Source: an uncultured Gemmatimonadales bacterium
GTDB lineage: Bacteria; Gemmatimonadota; Gemmatimonadetes; Gemmatimonadales; GWC2-71-9
Length of the DNA: 64,000 nt
Reading direction: 5' to 3'
Assembly: GCA_963739455.1 (NCBI GenBank)
Contig: CAVUAK010000001.1
Span: 608,001 to 672,000, forward strand
The notes beneath the pieces are model-generated. The model made no database searches, had not been told where the DNA came from, and saw only the letters and a program-made list of their open reading frames with translations. Below, piece by piece: positions 50,660 through 61,268 of this stretch. Every line of letters starts with the position of its first letter. Position 1 is the stretch's first letter. The position numbers were made by a program, and so were the translations under genes.

Positions 50660-51895
50660 ATGTTCCGTCGCTTCCGGCTCATCGCACTCGCCCTGCCTGT
50701 CCTGGCGGGCTGCTTCACCAGCGAGACGCTGAATTCGCCCGACCTCTCGAACAACAACGGGTTGTTCACCCGGTTCGTGTCGATCGGCACCAGCATTTCC
50801 GCCGGCTTCCAGTCCGCCGGCATCAACGACAGCACCCAGCAGCGCTCGTTCCAGGTCCTGGTGGCGCAACAGGCCGGTGCCAGCTTCTCCTGGCCCGGCC
50901 TGAACAAGCCGGGCTGTCCCGCGCCGTTCACCAACAACGTCACCCAGGCCCGGGTGGGTGGCCCCGCGGCACCCCAATGTTCCCTGCGGCAAACACCGAT
51001 TCCCCACAACCTGGGGAACTTGGCGGTGCCGGGACTCACTGCGCCCGACCTGTTCACGAACACGGGATCGCCGACCAGCACCTACGAGCGGCTGCAGACC
51101 TTCTTTCTCGGTGGCCAGACACCGTGGAACGCGGTGAAGGCGGCCCAACCCACGCTGCTCAGCATCGAGATCGGCTCGGCCGACGTCATCGGCGCCGTGT
51201 CGTCGCTTCCCAACCCCGGTGATCCCGACTCCATCACGCCGTTTCCGGTGTTCGCGGCGAACTACATCCGGTTCGCAGACAGCGTCGACGCGATCGGCAC
51301 CAGGGTGGTGGCGCTCACCGTTCCCGATATCACGCAGATCCCTTACAGCTCTCGTGGCAGCACCTACTGGTGCCTCAAGAACGGATGCCCCGGTGTCCCG
51401 GTGTCTTTCCCGCCCAACTACACGGTGGACAACAACTGCGCATCGCCACTCACCGGGATTCCCGGCGCGAATGGCGACTCGGTCCTCGTCCCGTGGACCA
51501 TCGGTGTAGCCGGGCTCCTGCGGGCCTCGTCGCCGCCGTTCACGGCGTTCAACCTGGATTGCAGCAGTACGCTGCAAGTGGTCACGCCGGCGGAATACAA
51601 GAACATCCGGACCACCACAGACGAGATGAACCAGCTCATCCGCGAGCAGGCAACCACGCGCGGCTGGGCGCTCGTCGAGGCCGGACCGATCTTCGCACAG
51701 CTCCAGGTGCAGGATGGCGGTATCCCGCTTTTCCCGGGGTTGGGTGCCGTCCCGGCCGGCGGCTCCGTCGACTTCGGCCACTGGTTCTCGCTCGACGGGT
51801 TCCACCCGAGCTCGGCGACGCACCGCGTGGTTGCCGATTCGGTGATCGCGGTGGTGAACCGGAAGTTTGACACGCAGATCCCGGCGGTACCTTAG
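50660..51895 (+). CDS. SGNH/GDSL-like lipoprotein hydrolase
   Basis: LAGC lipobox, GTSISAG, NLAVPG, IGSAD, SLDGFHPS. Confidence 0.85.
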   Translation: MFRRFRLIALALPVLAGCFTSETLNSPDLSNNNGLFTRFVSIGTSISAGFQSAGINDSTQQRSFQVLVAQQAGASFSWPGLNKPGCPAPFTNNVTQARVGGPAAPQCSLRQTPIPHNLGNLAVPGLTAPDLFTNTGSPTSTYERLQTFFLGGQTPWNAVKAAQPTLLSIEIGSADVIGAVSSLPNPGDPDSITPFPVFAANYIRFADSVDAIGTRVVALTVPDITQIPYSSRGSTYWCLKNGCPGVPVSFPPNYTVDNNCASPLTGIPGANGDSVLVPWTIGVAGLLRASSPPFTAFNLDCSSTLQVVTPAEYKNIRTTTDEMNQLIREQATTRGWALVEAGPIFAQLQVQDGGIPLFPGLGAVPAGGSVDFGHWFSLDGFHPSSATHRVVADSVIAVVNRKFDTQIPAVP

Positions 51896-51907
51896 GCTTG
51901 AAGGCTT

Positions 51908-52014
51908 CAGGACGTGAGGGCTTGAAGTGACCGACGGGCGGAAGGCAGTGGCTTTCCGTCCGTCGTCCCTTTCCACCACCTCAAGTCCTCACGTCTTCAA
52001 GTCCTCACGTCCTG
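51908..52014. repeat. Nested intergenic inverted repeat (REP-like element or terminator)
   Basis: Outer arms CAGGACGTGAGGGCTTGAAG and CTTCAAGTCCTCACGTCCTG, inner hairpin at 51932-51965, TCAAGTCCTCACGTC present twice. Confidence 0.8.
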
Positions 52015-52029
52015 GGCTAACTTCTCCCC

Positions 52030-52611
52030 ATGCCATTGACCCGCGACCAGGCCCTCGCCCTCGTTCACGAGTACACCCAGTCGGAGCCTCTCCGCCGGCA
52101 CATGTACGCGGTGGAGCTGTCGATGCGGGCGCTCGCCGAGCAGTATGGCGAGAATGCCGACGACTGGGGTCTCGTGGGGCTGCTGCACGACTTCGATTAC
52201 GAACGGTTTCCCAACGCGCAGCACTCGGCGACGGATGAGCATCCTGCGGAGGGCGTGCGCATCCTTGCGGCGCGCGGCCTGACCGACACGATGCAGCGGG
52301 CGATCCTGGGACACGCCACCTATACCGGCGTGCCTCGGGACACATTGATGGCGCGAGCCCTCTTTGCGGCGGACGAACTCTCGGGGTTCCTGGTGGCGTG
52401 CGCCATGGTACGGCCCAACAGGAGCCTTGCCGATCTCGAGGCGCCAAGTGTTCGCAAGAAGCTCAAGGACAAGGCATTTGCCCGCGGGGTAAGCCGGGAG
52501 GATGTTCAACTCGGTGCCGAGGAGCTGGGGGTGCCGCTGGACGACCTGATCGGGAAGCTGATCGGCGCGCTCCGACCCCACGAGCGATTGCTCGGGCTCG
52601 GCGCTCCCTGA
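52030..52611 (+). CDS. HD-domain phosphohydrolase
   Basis: LRRH, GLLHDFDYE, ILGH, ADELSGF, KDKAFARGVSR. Confidence 0.9.
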   Translation: MPLTRDQALALVHEYTQSEPLRRHMYAVELSMRALAEQYGENADDWGLVGLLHDFDYERFPNAQHSATDEHPAEGVRILAARGLTDTMQRAILGHATYTGVPRDTLMARALFAADELSGFLVACAMVRPNRSLADLEAPSVRKKLKDKAFARGVSREDVQLGAEELGVPLDDLIGKLIGALRPHERLLGLGAP

Positions 52612-52644
52612 CCTGCGCCATCACGGGTACGGCGGGGCCCCGGC

Positions 52645-53238
52645 GTGAACCGGGGCCCCGCTCAACGTTTGAGGAGGCTGGTGCGTAATAGGGACGCAGG
52701 TGACGGCGAGCTGGCTCGCCAGGCGGCGGCAGGAGACCAGGAGGCCTATGGCCTCCTGGTGGAACGCCACGGCGAGACCGCCAGGCGGGTCGCTCTCTCG
52801 ATACTCCGTGACGAGCACGATGCCGACGACGCGGCCCAGGATGGCCTCGTCGCGGCCTGGCGGTCGCTCGAGCGCTTCGACCTGGCGCGCCCGTTCCGGC
52901 CCTGGCTCATGCGCATCGTCGTGAATGCCGCGCGCGACCTGGCACGCCGGCGGGTGGTGCGGCAGGCGGAGGCCATCAGTCCCGACGTGCCGGCCGCCGG
53001 GGCCAGCCCGGAGCAGGACACCGAACGCTCCCTGCTCCGTGCTCGCCTTCGGGCGTCACTGGCAACGTTGCCGGAGCGACAGCGGCTCGTGGTAACTCTG
53101 TTCGACGCGGAAGGCTTTTCGCACGCCGAGATCGCCGACCTGGTGGGAGCGCCGGAAGGCACAGTGCGCTCTGAGTTGTTTCATGCACGACGCGCGCTCC
53201 GGGAAGACCTGGGCGCGGTGCGGGAGGAGCTGCAATGA
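52645..53238 (+). CDS. ECF sigma factor; start uncertain
   Basis: DADDAAQD, FRPWLMRIVVN, GFSHAEIA, GTVRSELFHAR. Confidence 0.93.
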   Translation: MNRGPAQRLRRLVRNRDAGDGELARQAAAGDQEAYGLLVERHGETARRVALSILRDEHDADDAAQDGLVAAWRSLERFDLARPFRPWLMRIVVNAARDLARRRVVRQAEAISPDVPAAGASPEQDTERSLLRARLRASLATLPERQRLVVTLFDAEGFSHAEIADLVGAPEGTVRSELFHARRALREDLGAVREELQ

Positions 53239-53576
53239 GCGGAATAAATCCCTTCGACCCCGAGCGTGACCCGGCGCTGGGCGCGATGCTGCGCGACGCG
53301 CTGACCGGCGCCGATCACGCCGGCTTCATCGCGCGGGTACGCGCGTCGGTGGGGCTGACACGGCAGGAGCGCACGTTCGACGTGCTCGCCCGGTGGCTGC
53401 GCCCGAATGTCGCCGCTGCGGCAGCTGCCGTCATGATCCTGGGTGCTGCCCTCTGGTGGTATCAGGCGGCGCACGCACGCGGCGCCGACGGCACTGCAAC
53501 GGTGGCAGAGCTCCTGGTGTCCGATTCGGTCCCGGCGCAGGAAATCCTGATCGCCGGCCTCCTGGAGGCCCGATGA
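53235..53576 (+). CDS. Small single-TM protein, putative anti-sigma factor
   Basis: ATGA-coupled to the ECF gene; one TM helix. Confidence 0.65.
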   Translation: MSGINPFDPERDPALGAMLRDALTGADHAGFIARVRASVGLTRQERTFDVLARWLRPNVAAAAAAVMILGAALWWYQAAHARGADGTATVAELLVSDSVPAQEILIAGLLEAR

Positions 53577-53956
53577 TCTCTTCCACCCGGCGAGCGACCG
53601 TCCTCCTCATCGCCACCTTCGCGCTGGGTGCGGCCGCGGGTGCCGGGGCAACGGCGTACCGTGCGCGCACCCCCGAGCCACCACCGGGCGGACGCTCAGC
53701 GTGGTATCTCGATCGCCTGAAGCGCAACCTCGACCTCACGCCGGTGCAACAGGACAGCGTGAAGGCGGTGCTCGATCGCTACACCCCGGCGATGGACTCG
53801 CTCATGAGCGAAATCCGGCCCCGGCTCGACACAGTCCGAACTCAGATGCGTGCGGAGATCGCGCGGTTCCTCGACCCAAGGCAGCAGAAGGAGTACGAAG
53901 AGATGCGGTTGAAGCATGAACGAGAGCGCCAGGCCGGAGGGTCGAATGGGCGCTAG
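53573..53956 (+). CDS. Periplasmic helical protein, Spy/CpxP-like
   Basis: N-terminal TM helix, LDLTPVQQ and LDPRQQ (LTxxQ-like) motifs. Confidence 0.7.
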   Translation: MISSTRRATVLLIATFALGAAAGAGATAYRARTPEPPPGGRSAWYLDRLKRNLDLTPVQQDSVKAVLDRYTPAMDSLMSEIRPRLDTVRTQMRAEIARFLDPRQQKEYEEMRLKHERERQAGGSNGR

Positions 53957-55266
53957 CAGGCTTGCGATGATGCTGTTGCTCTTGCCCGCGCTGGCGCAGG
54001 CGCAGCAGGCCACCGCGACACTGGTGGTGCCCGGCACCGCCCCCGAGATCACGCTGCAGGAGGCGATTGCCCTGGCCGGCCGGGTGCAGCCGTCGGTGGT
54101 GCAGGCGCAGGCCGCGATCCGGAACGCTGAGGCGCAGCGCCTGGTAACGGTGGGTGCCTGGCTACCGACCCTGAACGCCTCCTCTGGCTTCGGCTACTTC
54201 TTTGCCGAGGGCGTGCGAGTGGACCCCAACACCAACCAGCTGCTCAACGGTGAGTCGCAGACGCTGAACGTTGGCGTGAGCACGAGCTGGGACATTTTCA
54301 CCGGCTTCCGCCGAGGCAACGACAGCCGGGCCGCGAAGGCAGGCGTGTCAGCGGCCCAGGCCAGCTTTGCGAATGCATCATACCAGCAGCGCTTCAACAC
54401 CACGCTGCAGTTCTTCACCGCCCTCGCCGGGCGGGAGATCGTCTCGGTGCGCGAACAGAGCGTGAAGCGCGCCGAAGAGCAGCTCAAGGCGGCTGTCGCA
54501 CGGCTGCACGCCGGCACGGCGACGCGTTCCGACTCGCTCCGCTCCGTGGTGACACTCGGCAACACGCAGGTGGCGCTGTCGCAGGCACAGGCCAACCTGA
54601 TCGCCGCCGAGGCGGCGCTGGCGCGCCTCGTCGGGTACGACGGTCGCGTACGCGCGGCTGATGACTCGGCGTTCTACCACCCGGTGACCGCGGTGGACAC
54701 GACAGCCCTGATGGACGAGGCGATGCGCCGGTCACCGGCAGTGCAGAGCACCGTCGGCGACGCTGTCACAGGCGCAGTCGCAGCTCAAGGCATCGAAGTC
54801 CACCTGGTGGCCGCAGCTCGCGCTCGGCGGCAGCTGGGGGTACAACGGCAACAATTCGAATGGCTTCGGCCTGCAGAACCAGCGGCAGGCCAACCTCACG
54901 TTCAACTGGGCGGTATTCAACCGCTTCACGCGGGAGCGGAACATCCAGCTGCAGATCAGCAACGTGGAGGTGGCCGAGGCCAATGCCGCCGACGCCGAGC
55001 ACCAGGTGCAGTCGGTGATGCTGGGCCAGTTCGCGCAGGTTGACGCGGCCAGGCTCCAGATCGACATCTCGCACCAGAGTTACGAGGCGTCGGCCGAGGA
55101 CCTCCGGGTTGTGGCGGAGCGGTACCGGCTGGGCGTGGCCACGATCGTGGACCTCCTGGTATCGCAGGAGAGCCTGACGCAGGCCGAGCTGGAGGTGGTG
55201 AACGCGCGCTTCACGTACCTGCAGGCGCTGGCCCAGATCGAAGCCACCGTGGGGAGGCCGCTGTGA
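53946..55266 (+). CDS. TolC-family outer membrane efflux protein, frameshift near 54760
   Basis: [30 protein letters not shown]-terminal part in another frame. Confidence 0.88.
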
Positions 55267-56018
55267 GCCGGGACATGCTCGACACCGCCGAACGGATGGC
55301 GCAACTGCCGGCCGACACGCCGCGGGATGCGGTGATCGTGACGCGCAACCTCGAGCGCGACTACGTCATGGGCACCGAGACGGTGCGCGCGCTGCGTGGT
55401 GTGGACCTCGTCATCCGCCGCAACGAGTACGTGGCGATCATGGGCCCGTCCGGCTCCGGCAAGTCCACGCTGATGAACATGATCGGCTGCCTCGACACGC
55501 CATCGGCCGGCGAGTACTGGCTCAACGGTCACCGGGTGTCGGAACTGGGCGATGACGAGCTCGCGCGCATCAGGAACCGCGAGATCGGCTTCGTGTTCCA
55601 GACGTTCAACCTGCTTCCGCGCGCCACGGCACTGCACAACGTGGAGCTGCCGCTCGTGTACGCCGGCAAGCCGTCGAAGCAGCGCAAGGAACTCGCGACG
55701 GAGGCGCTGCGCCGGGTGCAGCTCGCCGACCGGATGCACCACCGCCCGAACGAGCTGTCGGGCGGCCAGCGGCAGCGCGTCGCGATTGCGCGAGCGCTGG
55801 TGAACGAGCCGAGCATCCTGCTGGCCGACGAGCCGACCGGCAACCTCGACTCGACCACGAGCGAGGAGATCATGGCCCTCTTTGCGGGACTCCATGCCCA
55901 GGGCCAGACGGTCGTCCTCGTGACCCATGAACATGACATTGCCATGCACGCCAACCGACAGATCCACCTGAAGGATGGTCGCGTCGAGCGCGACTTCCTG
56001 ACCGAGAGGACCAGCTGA
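55263..56018 (+). CDS. ABC ATP-binding protein (MacB/LolD-like)
   Basis: [27 protein letters not shown]. Confidence 0.96.
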   Translation: MSRDMLDTAERMAQLPADTPRDAVIVTRNLERDYVMGTETVRALRGVDLVIRRNEYVAIMGPSGSGKSTLMNMIGCLDTPSAGEYWLNGHRVSELGDDELARIRNREIGFVFQTFNLLPRATALHNVELPLVYAGKPSKQRKELATEALRRVQLADRMHHRPNELSGGQRQRVAIARALVNEPSILLADEPTGNLDSTTSEEIMALFAGLHAQGQTVVLVTHEHDIAMHANRQIHLKDGRVERDFLTERTS

Positions 56019-57533
56019 TGCGCATCCGTTTCCTGTCCGTCGTGCTCCTTGCCGCCGCCTGCTCCAAGCCGGCCCCGAAGCCGGTCTACCAGGCACTGGC
56101 GGTCGAGAAGCGCGACATCGTCGTCTCGGCACAGGCCTCGGGCGCGATCCAGCCGGACACCACCGTCGAGGTGAAGACGCGGGCCTCGGGCGAGGTGCTG
56201 CAGATCCTCGCCGAGACGGGCCAGCTCGTGAAGCGTGGCCAGCTCCTCATCCGGATCGACCCGCGCCAGGCGAAGAACGCAGTGGACCAGTCGAAGGCCC
56301 AGCTCACCCTGGCGCAGGCGCAGCTGGACAACGCGAAGACGCAGCTGGACCGGTCGAAGACGCTGCGTCGAGGCGCAGACGATCACGCAGCAGGAGTACG
56401 AGACGGCACAGCTGGCCTATGCGAGCGCCAGCGCCTCGGTGGTCCAGCGGCGCATCGAGATGGAGAACAACCAGATCTCGCTCGAAGACACCGACGTGAA
56501 GGCGCCGATCACCGGCGTCATCATCCAGAAGGGCGTGGAGCGCGGGCAGGTCGTGGCATCCGCCACCTTCAATGCCGGCGGCGGCACGGTGCTGATGAAG
56601 ATGGCCGACCTCAACCTGGTGCAGGTGCGCACGCTGGTGGACGAGACGGACATCGGCAAGATCAAGGCGGGGCAGGCCACGACGGTGACCGTGGATGCCT
56701 ATCCGAACCGGCCGTTCAATGGTGAAGTGCTGAAGATCGAGCCGCTGGCGGAGGTCCAGCAGAACGTGACGATGTTCCCGGTGCTGGTGCGCATCGACAA
56801 CCGCGAGGGGCTGCTCCGCCCCGGCATGAACTCCGAGGTGGAGATTCACGTCGGGCGGCGCGACAGCGTGCTGGCGGTGCCGAACTCGGCGTTGCGCACG
56901 CAGAAGGACGTCGCCTCCGCCGCGGGTGTGCTTGGCCTGACGATGGACCAGGTCACGGCACAGCTCGCCGCATCGAAGCCGGCACCTCCCACGGGGGACA
57001 CGGCGGCGCGCCAGGTGCCGGTTGGCGCCGGCGCCGCTCCCGCGGCCACCGAAAAGGCTGCCAATACGATGACGACGCCCGACGGGCGGGTGGTCAAGCT
57101 GCCCGACGGCGCCACCGAGACACAGATGCGCGCCATCTTCGCCAAGTTCCGGAACGGCGAGCAGCCCACGGCGGAAGAGCGCCAGCTCCTCCAGAAGATG
57201 CGGCAGTTGAATGGTGGTGGCGCCGGCGGGCGCCAGCGCCCGCAGGGCAGTGACTACCAGTCGGGCGGGAGCTACGTCGTCTTCAAGACCGATTCGTCAG
57301 GCCCCGTGGCAATCGCCGTGCGCACCGGCCTCACGGACCTCGACTACAGCGAAGTGATCTCGGGACTCAAGGAGGGTGACTCGGTGCTGGTGCTTCCGAG
57401 TGCCAGCCTGATCAACTCGCAGCAGGAGTTCAAGAACCGTATCCAGTCGATGACGGGTGGCGGCATGCCCGGAATGAAGGCGGCCACCCCCGCGGCGGGC
57501 GCTGCCCGGCCTGCGGCGCCGGCGGGGCGATAG
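56018..57533 (+). CDS. Periplasmic adaptor (MacA-like lipoprotein), frameshift near 56365
   Basis: AAAC lipobox, VKRGQLLIRID, APITG, VDETDIG, LRPGM. Confidence 0.9.
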
Positions 57534-57535
57534 CA

Positions 57536-58747
57536 ATGCAGATCGGCGAGACGGTGGCAGTCGCGTTCCAGTCCATCCGGGCCAACAAGCTCCGGGCGGC
57601 GCTGACGATGCTCGGCATCGTCATCGGCGTCGGGGCGGTCATCACCATGGTGGCACTCGGAAGCGGCGCGCAGAAGGCGGTAGAGGACCGTATCAACGCG
57701 CTCGGCGCCAACCTGCTCAACGTCTACGCCGGCCAGATGAACGTGCGCGGCGTCGCGACCGACCAGCGCGTCAGCCTGACGGTGGACGATGCCGACGCGC
57801 TCAAGCGTGACGCCCGGCTGATCAGCAATGTGGTGCCGGAGCTGTCGAAGCAGGTGCAGGTGAAGTACGGCAACCAGAACATCAACATCAACGTGGTGGG
57901 CTCGACGGCGAACTATTCCACCGTGCGAAACTACACGGTGCCGTATGGTCGCATGTTCACGCAGGGAGATGACGAGGGACGCGAACGCTACGCGGTTCTT
58001 GGGTCGCAGGTGCCGGAGATGCTGGGCGCCAACCCGGCGGCGATGATCGGCCAGACGCTCGCGATCAGCGGCATTCCATTCGAGATCATCGGGATCCTGA
58101 GCGAGAAGGGCTCGCAGGGGTTCCAGAATCCCGACGAGCAGATCCTGATTCCGCTGCAGACGGCCCGGTTCCGGGTCTTCGGCACCGACCGGCTGCGCAC
58201 CATCACCATCGAGGTGGCCAAGGGCGTCCCGCTGGAACAGGGGATGGTGGACATGGAGCGGATCCTGCGCCGGGAGCACAAGATCCGCCCCGGGGCCGAC
58301 AACGATTTCCAGGTGCGCAACCAGCGCGAGTTCCTCGCGACGCAGCAGGCCGCAACCCAGGTGTTCACGGCGCTCCTGGCTTCGATCGCGGCGGTGAGCC
58401 TGATCGTCGGCGGCATCGGCATCATGAACATCATGCTCGTGTCGGTGACCGAGCGCACTCGCGAGATCGGCGTGCGGAAGGCCCTCGGCGCCACCAAGCT
58501 CAACATCCTGCTCCAGTTCCTCATCGAGGCGCTGGTGCTGTGCATCAGCGGCGGCACGATCGGCATCATTCTCGGCGTAAGCGCCGCGATCGGGTTGTCA
58601 AAGCTGATGCACTGGAACACGCTGATATCGCCGGCATCGATTGCGGTGGCATTCGCCTTCAGTGCCGGCGTCGGGCTCTTCTTCGGCATCTGGCCTGCGC
58701 GGAAGGCGGCCTCCCTGGACCCGATCACTGCCCTGCGGTACGAGTAG
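57536..58747 (+). CDS. ABC permease (MacB/FtsX family)
   Basis: LTMLGIVIGV, GGIGIMNIMLVSVTERTREIG, DPITALRYE. Confidence 0.96.
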   Translation: MQIGETVAVAFQSIRANKLRAALTMLGIVIGVGAVITMVALGSGAQKAVEDRINALGANLLNVYAGQMNVRGVATDQRVSLTVDDADALKRDARLISNVVPELSKQVQVKYGNQNININVVGSTANYSTVRNYTVPYGRMFTQGDDEGRERYAVLGSQVPEMLGANPAAMIGQTLAISGIPFEIIGILSEKGSQGFQNPDEQILIPLQTARFRVFGTDRLRTITIEVAKGVPLEQGMVDMERILRREHKIRPGADNDFQVRNQREFLATQQAATQVFTALLASIAAVSLIVGGIGIMNIMLVSVTERTREIGVRKALGATKLNILLQFLIEALVLCISGGTIGIILGVSAAIGLSKLMHWNTLISPASIAVAFAFSAGVGLFFGIWPARKAASLDPITALRYE

Positions 58748-58755
58748 CGGCAACC

Positions 58756-58992
58756 CTACTCGTCGGCCGCGTCTGCCCACACGTGGACGCGGCCGTCGGC
58801 GTCGACCTCGACGTGCACCTGCCATGGCTGGCAGCACACGGGACAATCCTCCACATACTCCTGCTGGGCCCCCCCGGTCGGGTCCACCGTGATCTCCACG
58901 GTTTCCCCGCAGTAGGGGCAGGAGAGTTCCTGTTCCGTCTCCGCCCGGTCTTCACCATCCCGTTCGTCCTCGTCCATGCCCTGTCCCCTCAT
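58756..58992 (-). CDS. CPXCG-motif cysteine-rich small protein
   Basis: CPYCGE...YVEDCPVCCQP. Confidence 0.88.
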   Translation of the reverse strand: MRGQGMDEDERDGEDRAETEQELSCPYCGETVEITVDPTGGAQQEYVEDCPVCCQPWQVHVEVDADGRVHVWADAADE

Positions 58993-59077
58993 GAGTCGTC
59001 AGTGACAACCGCTCTTGCGAATCGGTGACCCGGCGGGCAACATCTTCCCGCGCGCCCACCCCCACCACCGGCACCGC

Positions 59078-60074
59078 ATGACACGAAGCCTCATCCTCGG
59101 CACCGGCATGGCCGTGCCCGATCGCATCGTCACCAATGACGACCTTGCGGCGGTCATGGATACCACCGACGAGTGGATCGCGCAGCGCACCGGCATCCGG
59201 CAGCGCCACTGGGTGCGCGAAGGGGAGACCGGTGTCGACCTTGCGGAACAGGCCAGTCGACGTGCCGTGCGAGGCGTCGGGGCTGGCCCTCGGGGACATC
59301 GACGCCATCGTGCTCGCCACGTCCACACCAGATCACTTCGCACCCGGCAACGGTGTGCTGCTGCAGCACCGACTCGGCCTCGGCCCCATTCCGGCGCTCG
59401 ACCTCAGGGCGCAGTGCAGCGGCTTCGTCTACGCCTTGGCGACGGCGGACGCGTACATCCGCTCAGGCCTCTTCCGGCACGTACTGGTGGTGGGCCAGGA
59501 GGTGCAGTCTACCGGCATGGACGTCAGCACGCGCGGTCGGGCCACGGCGGTGATCTTCGCGGACGGGGCCGGCGCGGTCGTGCTTGGCCCCTCAACAACA
59601 GATGCCCGAGGCATCCTGGGCTTCGACCTGCACTCCGACGGCGCCTTCTGCGACAAGCTCTGGGTGGATGCACCCGGTTCGATGTATCACCCCCGAATCA
59701 GCGCGGCGCTTCTGGACGAGGGCCGGCAGTTCCTCGACATGGACGGCAAGGAGGTCTTCCGTCATGCAGTGGTGCGGATGCCCGAGTCGGTGCTCGCGGT
59801 GCTGGCGAAGGTGGGCGAACCGCTGGAGGGAGTGAAGCTGCTGCTGCCGCACCAGGCCAACCTCCGCATCTCCGAGATGGTGCAGAAGACGCTCGGCCTG
59901 CGGGACGACCAGGTCTACAACAACATCATGTCGTATGGCAATACCACCGCGGCCACCATTCCGATTGCGCTCGATGAGTGCGTACGCGCCGCCCGCCTGC
60001 AGGCGGGCGACCTCGTGGTCGGAACGGCGTTCGGGTCGGGCTTCATGTGGGGAAGCGTGGCCTTCCGCTGGTAG
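59078..60074 (+). CDS. fabH: 3-oxoacyl-ACP synthase III, frameshift near 59265
   Basis: TTDEWIAQRTGI, AQCSGF, FADGAGA, PHQANLRI, GNTTAA. Confidence 0.93.
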
Positions 60075-60083
60075 CGCGGAAGG

Positions 60084-60512
60084 TCAGGGATACTTCGCGG
60101 CGTAGTACTCCTTCGTGCGGCGGGCCCGAAGCCGGAAGAGCTCCTCGTCGTGGTCGGCATGCTCGACCCGAAGGTACAGGTCGCCGGGCCACATGACGCA
60201 GCGCAGCGACCAGGGCGCGCCCGACGCTTCCATCATCCACTCGAGTGCCCCGCCACCGGCATCAGTTCGCTCGATCTCGCTGTCACGCTCCAGCCGCACC
60301 ACGGCGGGGACACCCATGACCGATGCGCGCTCCTCGTCCAGGCGCAGTTCCGCCTCGTCCCAGGAATTGAACGCGAGCTCGCCGGGCACCCGGTCGTTGC
60401 GCTCGAGGAGTTCGAGGTCGACCTCCCAGGGGCCAAGGATGTCCCATGCGTGGTCCATGCTGCCCACGTCGGGGATGGTGACCAGCGGATGCTTGCTGCC
60501 CATGCGGTCCAT
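60084..60512 (-). CDS. Hypothetical protein
   Basis: ORF with a GGGAG RBS and coding-like composition. Confidence 0.7.
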   Translation of the reverse strand: MDRMGSKHPLVTIPDVGSMDHAWDILGPWEVDLELLERNDRVPGELAFNSWDEAELRLDEERASVMGVPAVVRLERDSEIERTDAGGGALEWMMEASGAPWSLRCVMWPGDLYLRVEHADHDEELFRLRARRTKEYYAAKYP

Positions 60513-60639
60513 TCTCCCGGTGTAGCTAAGTGGGGAATACTGGCGGTGTTGTCGACAAAGCGACATGCATGAAACTCGCCGGGTGGTTGTTCCGTACTGA
60601 AACGCGAACATGGACTCAACAGGTAAACCGGGATTTCAC

Positions 60640-60942
60640 ATGGTAGGCAAGCTCATGGCACTCACTTCCCTGCTCATCTTCGCCGCATCGGCGCTGGGCA
60701 GCTATTTCTTCGCGCGCAGCTTCGTGCAGCGTCGGTTGCGGTTCGTCGATGCGATGCGGTCTCCGTTCGCCCCCCTCATTGCCGGGGCCGCGGCGTTCCT
60801 GATCGCCTGGCCCCTGTCGGCGCTTCCGCTCGTGAGCCTGGGCACCGCCCTCGTGTTCGGCGTCGGCACCGGCATGGGGACCGCCGCCGGAGTCCGGGCA
60901 CTTGGCCGGTCGGACGTATCACGCGGGAGGCTTTACCCATGA
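60640..60942 (+). CDS. Small membrane protein; start uncertain
   Basis: Two to three hydrophobic helices, RRLRFVDA motif. Confidence 0.7.
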   Translation: MVGKLMALTSLLIFAASALGSYFFARSFVQRRLRFVDAMRSPFAPLIAGAAAFLIAWPLSALPLVSLGTALVFGVGTGMGTAAGVRALGRSDVSRGRLYP

Positions 60943-61013
60943 ACGCAGGATGGAACAACATGCGCTGGGAGAGGCGCCTCGCCACCAGTGCACGGGCACG
61001 CTACTTTTTCGTC

Positions 61014-61262
61014 ATGTCTCACATCACGTGTACCCGATGCGGCCAGACGCGCGACCAGATGGCCTTCCAGCCTTTCCAGAATGAGCTGGGGCGGAAGCTC
61101 TACGCCGAGATCTGTGCCCCCTGCTGGGCGGAGTGGCTCAAGGCGCAGCAGCAGATGATCAACCATTACGGCCTCAACGTGCGCGATCCCAAGGCGAAGG
61201 AGATGCTCCTCAAGAGCATGGAGCAGTTCCTCTTTGCCGGAGGCCAGATCCAACTGTCGTGA
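61014..61262 (+). CDS. yggX: YggX-like Fe(II)-trafficking/oxidative damage protection protein
   Basis: ELGRKLYAEIC..CWAEWL..Q..MINHYGL......A..ML...M..FLF. Confidence 0.88.
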   Translation: MSHITCTRCGQTRDQMAFQPFQNELGRKLYAEICAPCWAEWLKAQQQMINHYGLNVRDPKAKEMLLKSMEQFLFAGGQIQLS

Positions 61263-61268
61263 GGTGAC

